Shown here: in pieces, positions 38,789 to 52,866 of the stretch | How the letters are laid out: each line of letters starts with the position of its first letter | Position numbering within the stretch: the stretch's first letter is position 1 | DNA from: Eledone cirrhosa | Taxonomy: Eukaryota | Length of the DNA stretch: 64,000 nt | Direction of reading: 5' to 3' | Assembly: GCA_964016885.1 (NCBI GenBank) | Contig: OZ024741.1 | Span: 379,130,001-379,194,000, forward strand | The notes under the pieces: generated by a model | Seen by the model: the letters and a program-made list of their open reading frames with translations, nothing else | Databases searched by the model: none | What the model was told of the DNA's origin: nothing | Program-made: the position numbers and the translations under genes

Positions 38789-41700
38789 CTGCAGTCACAT
38801 ATAATTGAAGCGATTTAATCATTTTTTCGATTCAAATCATTTTCCTTTTCTAAATTTTCTATTTTATCATTGTCAGGAATTGCTTTTCTTTCTTTCTCTT
38901 ATCTTATCCATTTATAGATTTTTTTAAAACTTTTAACGTCCTTTCTGTTTCCATTCCATTAAGTAGAGAAATTTCCATAAATATTTGCACTGGCTTTGTT
39001 TAACATCCATTTCGTTATGTTTGTTTCATATTCATCCGCCAAGGATGGGTTTGTCTGATAATCAAAGAGGCGTTCCCTTAATGGTGTTCTTGATGAAAGG
39101 AAATTAAATGAAGAATATGAGGCGCAATACCAACATTCTTATGGAATGGCTCAGTGCAACTTTATTCGACGCGTTTCCGAGGAAATGCTTTACAGGATCA
39201 AATCTGCTAGAACTATGTTTTGATATTTTGGTGGTGGAACAACATTTTACATGATAGTTTACGTCAGTAAAATATATTTCATCGGTAATGCAACAAAATA
39301 TGTTTTATTGGATTAATAACTGCAACGGTTATGTTAATAATTTTCAAAATACAAACATTTCAATCAGCTGTGCCTCTTCATGCCTAAAGGTGTATGTGCG
39401 CTTGTTTTAAGACGGACAATAATTTCAGAGATCTCCGAACATTCCGAACATTCGTAATGAACGAGAAGGTTCTAGTGTATATACGCAACATTAAAATCTA
39501 TTTCATCAGCACTAATAATACACTCGCACAAACACTGAAGGTAATAAAGAAACATGTATAATTCTCGTCACAGAATCAGAAAAACGAAAGGGATTTTAAT
39601 ATATCTGTCGTCGGGATCAAAAGACAAAACGTTCATATTATGACAACATTATTGGAGCACTTATCAAGATATATAAGTCTATATTTATCGATTCGGCAAA
39701 TGTATTATAATGGTATTTCCCTGAGATTTCAAGCATAAGTGTAACTGCACCCATTTGACGATTATATTTCATAGAAATTGGTTTATCTATAGAAAATTTG
39801 ATAGCATTTTGATGTGCAAATCCTTTGTGGTAACAGTATATCGCAGTTTGATTTTATGTGGTGGGTAAAATATTTAGTATAAACATATTTAATAAAAACG
39901 AATTGTTATTAATGAATAGTTTGTGCTAAGAGTGGGAATATTTCTACGATCTGGTGGAATGTTTGAAAGCTGGCTTAAATATTTATTAATACTGCAGTTT
40001 GTTTTGAGTCACAACCTGCTGAAATATTTGCTCGAACAACAATAATCAGGGATTTCAGTTATACAATAGAATAACAAATAGTTATAACATATGCATAATT
40101 AATAGATTGCAGGGATTTCTTCACATGAAGTTTCCAATTTTCCATTAAATATACGACAAACATACGTTCGCTCTTGGCAACCATTGTCTTTTCTACGTGA
40201 AAAACCATTTAGATCAAATTTAAAATTAATCTTATCCTTTGATATATTCCTGCAGAAAGTAATTGCATACGCTATGACGGAGAAAAGTAAATTACATTCA
40301 TATTTGTTTATTTGCATGTTAGAGTATCAGATAACAAAATACAAGAATAGCAATATGCAAAATGTCTTGCAATATTTAGTTATATATGTTTACATTCTGA
40401 ATCGTGTTCTTTATTCTGAGTGCTATCGAATAAGTATTAAAGTTGATTTCTTCAGCTGATACTTCTCTAAAATATATCCGGTATCGTGCGATATTGCTTG
40501 TTACTACCAAAATAAATATGATGTATCAACAACGAAAATAGATCATTGAGCAAAATGATTGTTGTTTTAATTATAACTATTTACACTTTGATACGAAACC
40601 TGATTGAAAAGATGTCGCACATTCATATATTTGCAATTAATAGTGTAAAACAAATATTTCGTTTGTGTTGATTAATTTGACAATATCGCAACCATCACAT
40701 TTGTTGTTTTTGTTGTTTATTTTGCCTATTATTTTTCATGTTAACTAATCAATATATATTATTAGAATTACTGCTATACTACTATAGTAGGCTACATTGA
40801 TTTCGTGATCAACGTAACTTTAATTAATTATAGTGACAAGATATAATCGTTGTTTTAATGACCAACACTGATTACGAAACTCAGACATGTGAACCCCTCA
40901 CAATTAAATTAATTAAAATTAATAAAACTAACAGTTATTATTGTTATAGTATAACAAATAATATTATCGATAGAGCAGCAGAGAATATGAATACATTGGT
41001 AGTTCCGTCTCTACTTCTGAATTAAAATCATGAATTTACAATTTACGATCATCCTTCTAATATTGTACCTTGTGTACAGGTCAATGAAACCACTTAATAT
41101 GTTCGTTTATGTCTATCTACAAAATACCTAGTATTGACTGTAAGTTTAAGGCGATGGTTTGCCATAATATTTCGGGAAACGGACAGAATATTTGACAACA
41201 ATACTTCCTGTTCTTCAGGTTTGGTTTTAAATTTTGAACGAGATCAACCTTGAGTCCTTCTTATTGGAATCGAGAATTAAAAAAAAATATTCAAGAACTA
41301 TTTTCATCCAAATGTGTGTACTTGTGATACTATTTGAATAGATGTATTGCATTTGATAAAAATAATTAATTTACATAAATACTTTCAACAAAACACATAA
41401 GATTGTGCAAATGTGTGGTTTCTGACTCTATCTTGAGCAAGACTGTACCTTAAATGCTGCTAGACCTGAGTAAATTAAATTACTGTATCGCAATTTGTTA
41501 TCGGAAAAACGATTTGTGAATCATATCAATTATTCAGATTTAAATGTGACAGTAATTTAATATAAGTTTCCAGAAATATAAATAATCATGATGACTGATA
41601 CATATATAAATACATCTTTTTTTCATTATGCAGTTTAATATTTAACATCAAGACTATCACATTAAACACCTAAAAAAAAACATATTTTTATTAGGCAGAT

Positions 41701-42717
41701 AGAATTATTTAAAGTGGATATGAAGTTGTAAGTACTCCGGTTTTAAAATGTGTGGCACTATCTCCGGAATTAAAATGTTTTGTGTACTGTAGTTAGATTA
41801 ATATAATATCAGGCTGCTATTCCTCCTTTTTGTGATCATACTATTAATATCGCATTTTTTTTGGTGTTTAGGAATTTATCAGAGGATTTCAAACCCTTTA
41901 ATATCATTATTGAACAAATAAAATTCATCAGATGGTTTCAAATTCAGTATTATCCTTAATGAAATATTAAGGATCCTATGATAAAAAACCCAAACCCCCA
42001 AATCAATTAGTTATAGGATGGCCACACATATTATCTATCACGTATCCTCTCGGCAAGGAGGCATACAAACCAAGACACAAAGTTCCACTAACATGCACCG
42101 CCCTAATCAACTAAATCTAACTCTGGCTTATATTACACTTTACTCTAATACAGTTTAATACAATCACACTCTACTCTAATACAGTTTAATACAAGAGGCT
42201 ATATAACATCACACTGTACTCTAATACAGTTTAATACAAGAGGCTATATAACAATTATACACATAAGTAACACATACAACTTAAACAATGCACATATCAC
42301 ATGCCATATCAATATGGGTTAAATGCAACACCCTATAAAAACATATACACTTACGCATGTAAATAAATATATATATATACATATTTAACAACACACTACA
42401 ACTTCATAAATCTTGCTTTCGTAAAATAATCCATACAATTATACACAGAAAAACACAAATACACACAAACACACACAAACTTTCACATACACACAATTGA
42501 TAGACTTTAACAATAATAATTTCATTTAAAAAAAAACTTGCACATGATTTACTCCCATGTATAAAAAACACAGCAAATTTGTAGTTAAACTAATAACGTC
42601 ACACTCACCTGACAAGATATCATGTATGACATCGGCCACCTTAGACGTGGGTGAAATATAAACAACACTAGCCTGTATTTAGAGTCTATATGACATATGC
42701 TAGCGTTGGGTTTGTCC

Positions 42718-42836
<119 letters not shown>

Positions 42837-43454
42837 CATGTGTGTGCGTGAGAGAGAGTTTGTGTGTGAGTGAGTGTGCCTGCAACAGTTTATTATGAAG
42901 ATTCTACATGGTTGAATTTTACAACTTAAAAACTAGTACATTATAATTTTCTAACTTAATATTTACGGTCGCGTAGATATATCCAAATTGTTTAATATTT
43001 TACTACTTCCTCATGTTATCTAATATCTTTTCAGTTTTATATTTTAATCCACTTTCATTTTGTGAAATATTTTTTTCATCTTTCCGTAATTATTATTCTT
43101 TTTACATCGGTTCATATTTCTACTTCTTATTTAGTTTCGTACTGTTGATTTGCGTCACATCTATCTAATCCTTACTTCTTCATAATTGATTTCTCACTCT
43201 GATTCAATGCCCACATATGCTCCCAAACTTAATTATGTTTTCCCCGACTCTCCCTATCTACAGCTTTCAGTTGCAATTAAATTAGTTTTCTAAAAGCACA
43301 TATAGTGACATAACATCAATCATCCATAATCGCTTATCATAGAACCAGTTTTTGACTCTTGACCAATGAATGTAAATATAATCCATGAATATAAATAAAG
43401 CAAATCTCATTTTACTAATTGAAATTATATACTTTTTTCAAATTGTATTTAATA

Positions 43455-43570
43455 ATTGTTTCTACTTTAGGCACAAGGCCAGCAAATACCCAGTGCATCA
43501 CTGGTACTTTATTTTATCGACCCTGTAAGGATGAAAGGCAAAGTCAACTTCGGCGGGATTTGAACTCAGC
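43455..43570 (-). mobile_element. SINE, 5'-truncated
   Basis: ggtactttattttatcgaccc..aggatgaaaggcaaagtcaac..ggatttgaactc. Confidence 0.85.
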
Positions 43571-43615
43571 TGTTCATTTAACTGTCAAAGAAATCGTTGA
43601 TAGCGTGTTAGAGTT

Positions 43616-43668
<53 letters not shown>

Positions 43669-44376
43669 ACACAGAGAAATAAGGACTTGAAAAGAGAACG
43701 TTCTTATGAGAAATACCTAAACCAGAAAATACAAAAAGAGTGATAGTGTGAGAGGCAGATAGAGTGAGATTGAAATGTTTATTCAAGGATGCTGTATGTA
43801 TATATGAACGGAGTCGTATATTCTGATGGCTAGTAGTGGCGCTGGAATGATGTGCGCCGTGTATTGGGCATTTTAAGCATCGTCAACTCCATCACTTCGC
43901 CATGTCTGAACACATTCGATTTCCTCCACAGAAGGAAATAGATTGAGTGAGAGAAGAAATGAGTAAGTGATATAGATGAAAAATCGAACCCTACACTTGA
44001 TTGGTGCGTTTTAGTGGCATGGATAGGATGAAAAGAAAAGTTGACTTCGGTTGGATATGACCTCAGGGTATAGGGGGCGGGACGAACACCTCAAGGAATT
44101 CGGGCCCACTCTACCATGGTACATTCTGAAGGACTGCAATCAAAGACTGCAATCAAAAGTAACAAATTCAGCTCTAACATGGTATGGACGTTTAGTAGAC
44201 ACCTCAAACTAATTTTGGAACATTCCAATATAAAACGTAATTCCATGATCCCATAGGAATCTTTGTTTGATTTCTATTTTAATTAATAATCCTGTTTTGT
44301 TTTACAATTACCCACAACTCACAATTAATCTATATATATTGATTGCTTGGGGGATCTTCAAATATTAACCCAGTCA

Positions 44377-44560
44377 TCTACATATAATATAAAAGAAAGT
44401 TGTTCATTATTTAGTTGGTTAGCTGGTTGGTTGGTTGGTTGGTTGTTTGTTGAATCAAACACACACGCACATCTAAAGAGAGAGAGAGATACACAGAGGG
44501 AGAGGCAGATTGCGAGACATTTGCCGTTATACAGAGACAGATAACATTAAGGTATTAGAT

Positions 44561-44606
<46 letters not shown>

Positions 44607-45086
44607 TAACATCCCACATGTATCAGTCGAGTGTTTACAAATATTGCGTGAGCTTTTATAAAGTCGTTTTACAGTCTTTGATTTTACAGATCAAAGAAAA
44701 ATTGATACTATTTGAAATTAATCTATCTTTCAGCTTTTATCCATATACTACTTACAGACGGTAGCAACGAAGCAACACTTCAGAAGCAATGTTATGCGGT
44801 ATTTCAAATGACGTCACTTGGAGCTGAAAAAGGTCATACTGACTATGGTTATTTGACAACATTTAAAATCCAAGGCCAATGCTATCATTTAATCGGCAGT
44901 TTACCCCCCCCCCCCCAGCCTAATAAGGAAATGTTATGATTATTTATGTTATGTCTCTCTCTTTCACACAATCACAGATACGCACGGTCTCATCTCATAC
45001 CAGACACCACACCCCAAAAAGTCGTTTTCTTATTTATCCGTCCTTTCTTAACTTTTCTCCCGGGCGAAGCCGGGTACATCGGCTAA
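44377..45086 (+). mobile_element. Internally deleted Helitron retaining a RepHel fragment
   Basis: TC start, hairpin cccgggcgaagccggg at 45059-45074, CTAA end; YAVFQMTSLGA...TFKIQGQCYHLIGSL matches the Helitron Rep N-terminal motif. Confidence 0.85.
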
Positions 45087-46439
45087 TTATAAGATATATG
45101 TATATATTAAAATGACGCTTTCAAGAGCGGAGTGGACAGGGCGTATAATGTGTATGTCTTACAAATTATGGGTTGTAAGTCTCCATGCGGAATATTTTTA
45201 TGTAAAGTATCCTGGAAAGATGAGTTTATTGATATATTTACTTTACAAAGGGAAATGTTATGTCCCGTATGCTTATGGTGATTAAATCCCCAACGAATGC
45301 TAGTAGTATAATTATCATCTGAAATTGATATTATATTATATTCATATTCTGTTCCTAAGAGGGTTAAAAACTCCATACATGTATTCAAAATATACATTCT
45401 GAATAAAGCGGGTATCGTTTATGTAGATGGACGGTGTACATTTGTGTTAATATGGCACTTTCATGAGAATTTGATTTATATCTATATCAAATGTGAATAT
45501 CGATTCATTAAATTTTGTACAAATGAGTTTAATAGACATAGCGAGCTTCGGATATCTTAGCAAAATAAAGGGCTCATTGTCGAAATTGTTGCTATAATAT
45601 ATCGAATGGTAACATTACATAGTAACCATTTTAGTTGCTAATTCTTCGCGTCTTATTCAAAGAAGCCCTTAACATTTAATTATCAATAGATGACGCACCA
45701 TTCCATCAAATATACAAAGACATCAATATCGCATCCTGAAAATGAAGATCAGAATCACAATTCCAGTGTTTGAGATTTTTTTTCATTTTCTGTAGGGCAA
45801 AAACATAAAACTCTGAAGAGAATAAGAAATGTGATTTATATTATTGAATAACTTTGCTATCGGTAAAACATTGTTGCTTATTTCAGGAAATCCTCTGCCA
45901 GACAGACTTAATCTTGGCATATTGACGTTCAATTCTCATTCTAACAATTAAAAATGCATTGAAGCTGGGAATGACTCGCTGGAATTCCGCGGCTCCTGCA
46001 CGAATAATATTGCAGAACTGCAGATATTTTCAGCAATTCAGAATGTGCCACGGACATCTGTGCTCTATTGAAGGTCAAGTCAGTGGTTTAGGTGCTACAG
46101 TGTCATAACCTGAGATTAGCATAGCAGGTTATATGAAATAACTTTCAAATATGCTATACCAGCAATTCTAGTGATACATCGTTATATAAATTAACACCAA
46201 TAAGCAAACCATCACTAACAATGCAGAATATAGCAAACCGCGGCTTATCGTTAAACAGTGGGCCATTAAAAATGATTTCCAATTATGGTGATACATCGTT
46301 ATATACATTCTCTAATAAGTATGATTTTAGAGATATTTTCATAAACCCCAGAATTGCACTTGGTGTTTCGCTATGTAAGCAACACTTTTAATTGATTGTG
46401 AGAATATTTCACGCTGGCTATAAAATTATCATCATTACT

Positions 46440-46785
46440 TGGCAGTATCGGTAGAGGGTCAGACATGCTTTCCAGCATAGTTACGTCCCTTTACGATCTG
46501 AGTTCAAATCCTGCCGAGGTTGACTTTGCCTTTCATCCTTTCGGGGTCGATAAAATAAAGTACCAGTAATGTACTGGAGAATTACTGGCCTTATGCCAAA
46601 CGTAGAAACAATTATTACTATTATTACGGGCGGTGGATTTGCAGAGTTATGAAAATTTACGGTCTAAGTTCTAATACCACCGAGGTTAAATTTAACTTTC
46701 CTCCTTGCGGGGTCGATAAAATAGAGCACCAGCAATGCACTGGCAGAATTGATGGGCTTGTCTCAAAATTAGAAACAATTATTAC
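46440..46785 (+). mobile_element. Two tandem SINE copies
   Basis: 46440-46620 and 46628-46785 both carry the core and tail. Confidence 0.8.
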
Positions 46786-47359
46786 TATCATTAAGAAACT
46801 TTAAATCATGTGAGAGTGCGGTATGAGGATTTCAACACCAATAAGCAAACCATCACTAACAATGGAAGATATGGCAAACCGCGGCTTCTCGTTAAACAGT
46901 GGGCCATTAAAAATGATTTCCAAATATTTAGATAACAAGGACATAATTGCAGAGATATAAACACACGTAAACAAAGAAAGAATGTATCGTTAACCAGTTA
47001 CATATAGATCATAGATCTCCAGAAACCGAGGTGATTATAAATACATATCAACTACTGTACAAAGACTAATAATAATATCAACACGTAAGACTAGTATAAT
47101 TAACTCACTGATACGGTGATATACTGAATTAACTGCTAAGAGGCATGATACCATGACCCATGCGCTCCACAGGGAAAAAGAAAAAAGTTATATTAACGAT
47201 AATTTTTTTGCTAAAACAAGTCGTAACTTAACTACATTGGAGGTCAACTGTCTGTCACACTGAGCGCAAAGATTGATATAAAAATATGTTTTGTATAAAT
47301 TTAATATATATTATATATATATACATAATTTCGCTGCAGTGTTTTCTATACCTTTCATT

Positions 47360-47449
<90 letters not shown>

Positions 47450-47469
47450 CGTGTACGCGTGTGGGTATG

Positions 47470-47587
<118 letters not shown>

Positions 47588-48917
47588 TACATATTTTTAA
47601 ATATGTGTGTGTATTCGTTATTGTGGTTTATAGCAGTAGTAATGAGAGAGCATCTCTACTGGTTGTGGTAGTGGTGTTGTTGGTGTTGGAGCTGGTATTA
47701 GTGTTGAAGTTGGTTATGGTCATGGTTGCAAGATATAATTCGAAATTATTTTGGCACCGTTCAAAACGAAGTCAGCAGAAGGGTAGATAAGTTAATGGAA
47801 ATATGTTTCAGCATCAATCAAGAGAGACAGTTATTGATTCCAAATAAGAAGAAACAAAAGAAAATTGAAGAAAAGAACATTTTTATTAAAGTTCCTTTTT
47901 TCTCCCTTGCTGTCTCGTGTGCCAACATCTTTGGCTTTAATGCAAGTATTATAATTCATAACTTGCATATCTATAAAAGTGAAAGGTAGATGTTTAATTT
48001 TGGTTTATTTTATTATATGTTTTATTCGCTTTACCAATCTTTGATGAATTTTTACAGAAGTATAGATGAGAAAATATTAAAGAAAGATAAAATATTTTAA
48101 AAAATATAACATGAAAGCAACACATATTTCTAATAATATGAATGTCATATTGCACTCATTGTTGTTTGCCACTGCCTTACATTATTGAAATGTTATGGTG
48201 AGATATAATTCCATGTATATAATTCCAAGTAAGGTTGAAAAAAAATTATACTGGATTGGCCAGCTACGAAACGCAATCTAGAGATAAGGCAGGATAGAGT
48301 ATCAAAATAATCAATATATTTTAATAACGTTACATTTCACTTACACATTTTCCAATTTTTCCCAGCAGCCTCCTGTACTAGTTTGATCGAAACATCTAGT
48401 ATTTTTCGACTTTAACTTCTATATCATCGTATCAACGTATGTATTATGACTAAAATGTCTTAATTAGAAAGGCTGCAAAAAGCTGAAAGGCATAGGCATG
48501 GACGAGTGACGAATTAGTCCTAAGATTTGCAACGTTACCTCATGTATGCTGCATCCACATGCACAGATTGCAGAAGATCCCGTTAAGGGTGAAAGCAGCG
48601 ATTCTTTGCTTAAACTTTAATATTCTTATAATAAATATATTTCATGGTCTATTGAAGAATTTGCCCGTAAATATCAACATGATACAATAATATGGTTTAC
48701 CACATGGTAACTGGCAAAACAATTAGTAAATAGAAGGGAATAAAGTATATTTAATAGTAGACACAAACAATTTAAAACTTTCTCTGATTATAATCCTGAC
48801 TAACAGGAGATTAGAATCTAAAATCTATTCACTTATTTATTCAGTCTACCTGACTAACTATGTTGCAACTTTAATATGGCCATGTCTCTGCCGGCCGATC
48901 CTTGACTTCTTTGAAAT

Positions 48918-49131
48918 AATTATTTCTAATATAGGCACAAGACCAGTACTTTGGGGGAGGGGAAAGTCTATTAAATCTACCCCAGTAGGTTACTGGCGCT
49001 TTATTTTATCGACCCCGTAAGGATGAAAGTCAAAGTGAATCGCGGCGGAATTTGAACTCAGGACATAAAGGGCAGTAACTCTATGTTGCAAAGTATGGCG
49101 TCCGACCTTCTGCTGATACTGCCAATCCACA
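48918..49131 (-). mobile_element. SINE
   Basis: Reverse complement of the full SINE consensus. Confidence 0.85.
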
Positions 49132-49533
49132 TTTACCTCTCCTTCTATGTTCATATATTTCTTCCTCTCTATCATTTAGATCTTCATTAACATATTTTAT
49201 CTTCTTTTATTCTTTTCTCTTCTTATTTTATTTTTATATTCTCTCTCCTTCTCTCTCCTCCTTTACCCCGTATTTATGATCACTTTATTTTTACTTGCAT
49301 TCTATCATTATAAGTGAAAAAGTCCTCATATCCACTTTGAACATTTGTTGTGATTACATACGATATTTAAGTAGCTGGATTCGATTTAATTTGATTACAA
49401 TAATCGGATATCAGTGTCCAAGACTAGTATGTAATAGATACTATGAAACAAGCCTAAGTGTTCAGAATAAATGCTATTCCCACTCTTTTGGGTTTTGATG
49501 TTTTAAATAATTTTTTTGAAAATTACATACATA

Positions 49534-49639
<106 letters not shown>

Positions 49640-49749
49640 CAGAAGGGATATACAATGTGTTGGTAATTCAACAAATATAACTGTTTATGACTTATTCAGA
49701 GCACTCAACAAGATTTCTGGAGTATAAAATAACATGATATTAAATTTAT

Positions 49750-51321
49750 AAATGATATTAAGTTCATAAATGCACAGTTAAAATTAGAGACAAAATGTTT
49801 AACTATATTAGTGCCACTTCAACAAAATTTAAAAACGCCGGTATAATCATAATCATACATTTAGGAGATCTGATGAAAAAAAACTTCTACTTCACTTTCA
49901 CAGCTAATTTGGAATTTAAAAGACAATAATATAGACTATTCAATATCTTGGAGAACGATTTCGTAAGCACCTGCATACCGAAATACTGCTTTATCAAGAT
50001 TCTGTTAATTGTGTATCGAAGAAATGTTCTATATAATTAAATGTCAAAACTCTATTAATCTCAGAACAGAGTTATTTTCTTCTTGCAAACATCGCCAAAA
50101 TTCCACGTTTAGAACTATTTTTAATTTATAATATTCCTATACACCTTCAAAATGATGCTACCTTTTTAAATATTTAAATGTAATTTTTTAAATATTTTTA
50201 ATATTTTTAATATTTCTTTAATATTTTAATATTTCAAAAAAATGTTAATATCTCTAATATTTATAATATTTTTAATATGTATATTTAATATTTTAATTTT
50301 CGATATTAATTTAATTCTGACATTATTTTTTATTCCGACATTATTTTTCTAAGGATAGCCATATAAATGTATTTTTAGATGTAGATTGATAATCTTTAAA
50401 TTACATTCTGAAAATGTATCATCTTTACTATCGATCTTCGAAAAAAAGATTATAGTTTTTCCTGTCTTTTTGTTATTCAAACATTCACACATCTTTCGAC
50501 TAAAATAATGGATCTCACACGAAATAATATATAATTTTCTCTATATATTTTGGAGTAAATCATTCATCTAATTTAATGGTTAACAAACCAAATTGGAGTT
50601 ATCTTTCCTTTCTCAATCGTGCAAACATAAACATATTATGTTTGATAATCTGTGTAGCTTCGCTAAATTAACAATATTCTAAAAACATTTTGAATGTTGA
50701 ACAAAATTTTTGAATAAACAAATTATTCTACTCTCACAACCTGAGCTACCTATTTTAAAGTAAAATACAAAATCAACAGCCTTCGAAACTCATATTTGAT
50801 ATATAAACAACTTCTACTTATGCAATTTATTAATATATATAGATATATTTATATACTTATCACCTATCGTAATGTAATAATATAAAAATACTAAGAATCA
50901 TAAATCTTCATATAATCTAATTGATTATATATAGAATATTATAACTCAAAATAAATATTTCCCCCAAATTGACGTAAATTTTAGCTCTACTTCCTTTCTC
51001 TTCTTTCCTACGCATACAATAACTTATAACTATTTAAATTTTCCATAGCGTCTAAAATAACGTTTCTTTTAGCCCTTTTGCCTAAATCTGATTTGCATAC
51101 TCATCTTAATAACTTGAAATATCTGACTTTTCTTCTCTTATCCCTTTACTATCCAAGGATAACTTGAACCGTTAAGGTATATTCTCCTTGGTTATGTCAA
51201 AATTTATAAAACACACTTCGTATTTTATCTGATGATAAAGTACCAACATGTTGGTACACGTGAAATATATATAGTAGAACAAATATTGTTTTATAAATAT
51301 AGTTTCCATTTATTTAATATC

Positions 51322-51322
<1 letters not shown>
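49750..51322 (+). mobile_element. 5'-truncated Penelope-like element (decayed GIY-YIG, 3' UTR, pseudo-LTR)
   Basis: Not in the ORF track: ATSTKF..YNHNHTF..TSLSQLIWNLKDNNIDYSISWR..C*LCIEE..NLRTELFSSCKHR at ~49800-50100; ends at (TA)n. Confidence 0.85.
51223..51279 (+). ncRNA. Type I hammerhead (imperfect stem II base)
   Basis: ttttat CTGATGA ..gtaccaacatgttggtac.. GAAA tatata TA gtagaa. Confidence 0.6.
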
Positions 51323-51418
<96 letters not shown>

Positions 51419-52587
51419 GAGAAGAAAGAAGAATACTGCATGGTTGCACATGGGTTACATGAGTTCAAAATAGTCCTTCGTCAGTGATTTTCCAACCATC
51501 ATTGGTATTTCGTCGCATTAAGAGTTTTCCTGGACACTTTAAAATACAATATACAGAGAGGAAAAACACAGGAGAGTGGGTTTTCCTTTACAGAAATATC
51601 AAAGCACCAGCGTGAAGATAATATAAGCTCATAGTGGTATAGGAAAAACATTAAAATTAGAATTATAAATTAAAATGAGAAACCAACCTCATATCTATAT
51701 ATATCTATATACATCTATATACATATATATATATATATGAGCTCAAGCCGTTTCGACGGCTAATTCTGTACTGAATGAAAATTTATTCTGATATTTAAAT
51801 AGCCGAACTTATCAAGGGGTAATTCCATATATGGTCAAAAAGATAATCACCAGGATTGGTCACATCACAAGTTAGTAGTAAATCTGTGATGGCAAGTTGG
51901 TGGGGGAAGGGGTAGCTAAACCTGCCGGTAGGAGAAAAAGGGAGGGGAGGTGGAGGAGACCCATTCATGCGTTGGTAGTGCCAACTACAGCTGGGTGTGA
52001 GTTCAAAGAAGATACTGGGGAGGGGGAGGGGGAGGAGGTCGAAACGGTAAGTAGAACAATGAAAGGTAAAACTATAAAAGGTACTGAGAGAGAAAAAAAA
52101 AAGAAAGCAAAATCTGGTTACTAAGACTTAAGTCTCTCGCTATTGCTAGGCTAAAGAAATACATAAATAAATAAATAAACAAATAAGTGAATAAAAGAAT
52201 AGATAAATAAATGTATTCACTTATTTGTTTATTTATTTATTTATGTATTTCTTTAGCCTAGCAATAGCGAGAGACTTAAGTCTTAGTAACCAGATTTTTC
52301 TTATTTTGTTTTTCTCTCTCAGTACCTTTTATAGTTTTACCTTTCATTGTTCTACTTACCGTTTCGACCTCCTCCCCCTCCCCCACCCAGTATCTTCTTT
52401 GACGACCTCACACCCAGCTGTAGCTGGCACTACCAACGCATGAATGGGTCTACTACACCCCCTCCCCCTTTTTCTCCTACCGGCAGGTTTAGCTACCCCT
52501 TCCCCCACCAACTTGCCATCACAGATTTACTACTAACTTGTGATGTGACCAATCCTGGTGATTATCTTTTTGACCATATATGGAATT

Positions 52588-52681
52588 ACCCCTTGATAAG
52601 TTCGGCTATTTAAATACCAGAATAAATTTTCATTCAGTACAGAATTAGCCGTCGAAACGGCTTGAGCTCAGCCGTCGGGGT
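52588..52681 (+). ncRNA. Type I hammerhead, U3-A8 core, long stem II
   Basis: acccc TTGATAA gttcggcta...tagccgtc GAAA cggct-tgagctc-agccg TC ggggt. Confidence 0.75.
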
Positions 52682-52866
52682 CTTACTTGTTCCTATTACC
52701 CACTCTACTACCCTAAGTATTGAGTACTTTGGTGCGTTATGGTCCACCTGGTTCCTTACCACATTTCCTTCGTTATCTAGCTCCTATCCCCGTAGTAGAG
52801 CACTTTCCGACCCTACCACGCCGCATCCAGACTTTTCCGCTAAGCTCAATTCCTTTCACGCGCACC

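Noticed and set aside
42140-42255. Repeated tactctaatacagtttaatacaa units resembling a CRISPR array
   Set aside because: Eukaryotic context, the intervening sequences are themselves duplicated, and there are no cas genes; a simple minisatellite
51474-51492. Minus-strand CTGACGA aggac, a possible HHR 5' half
   Set aside because: Runs into (TA)n before any GAAA or stem III, so it cannot be confirmed
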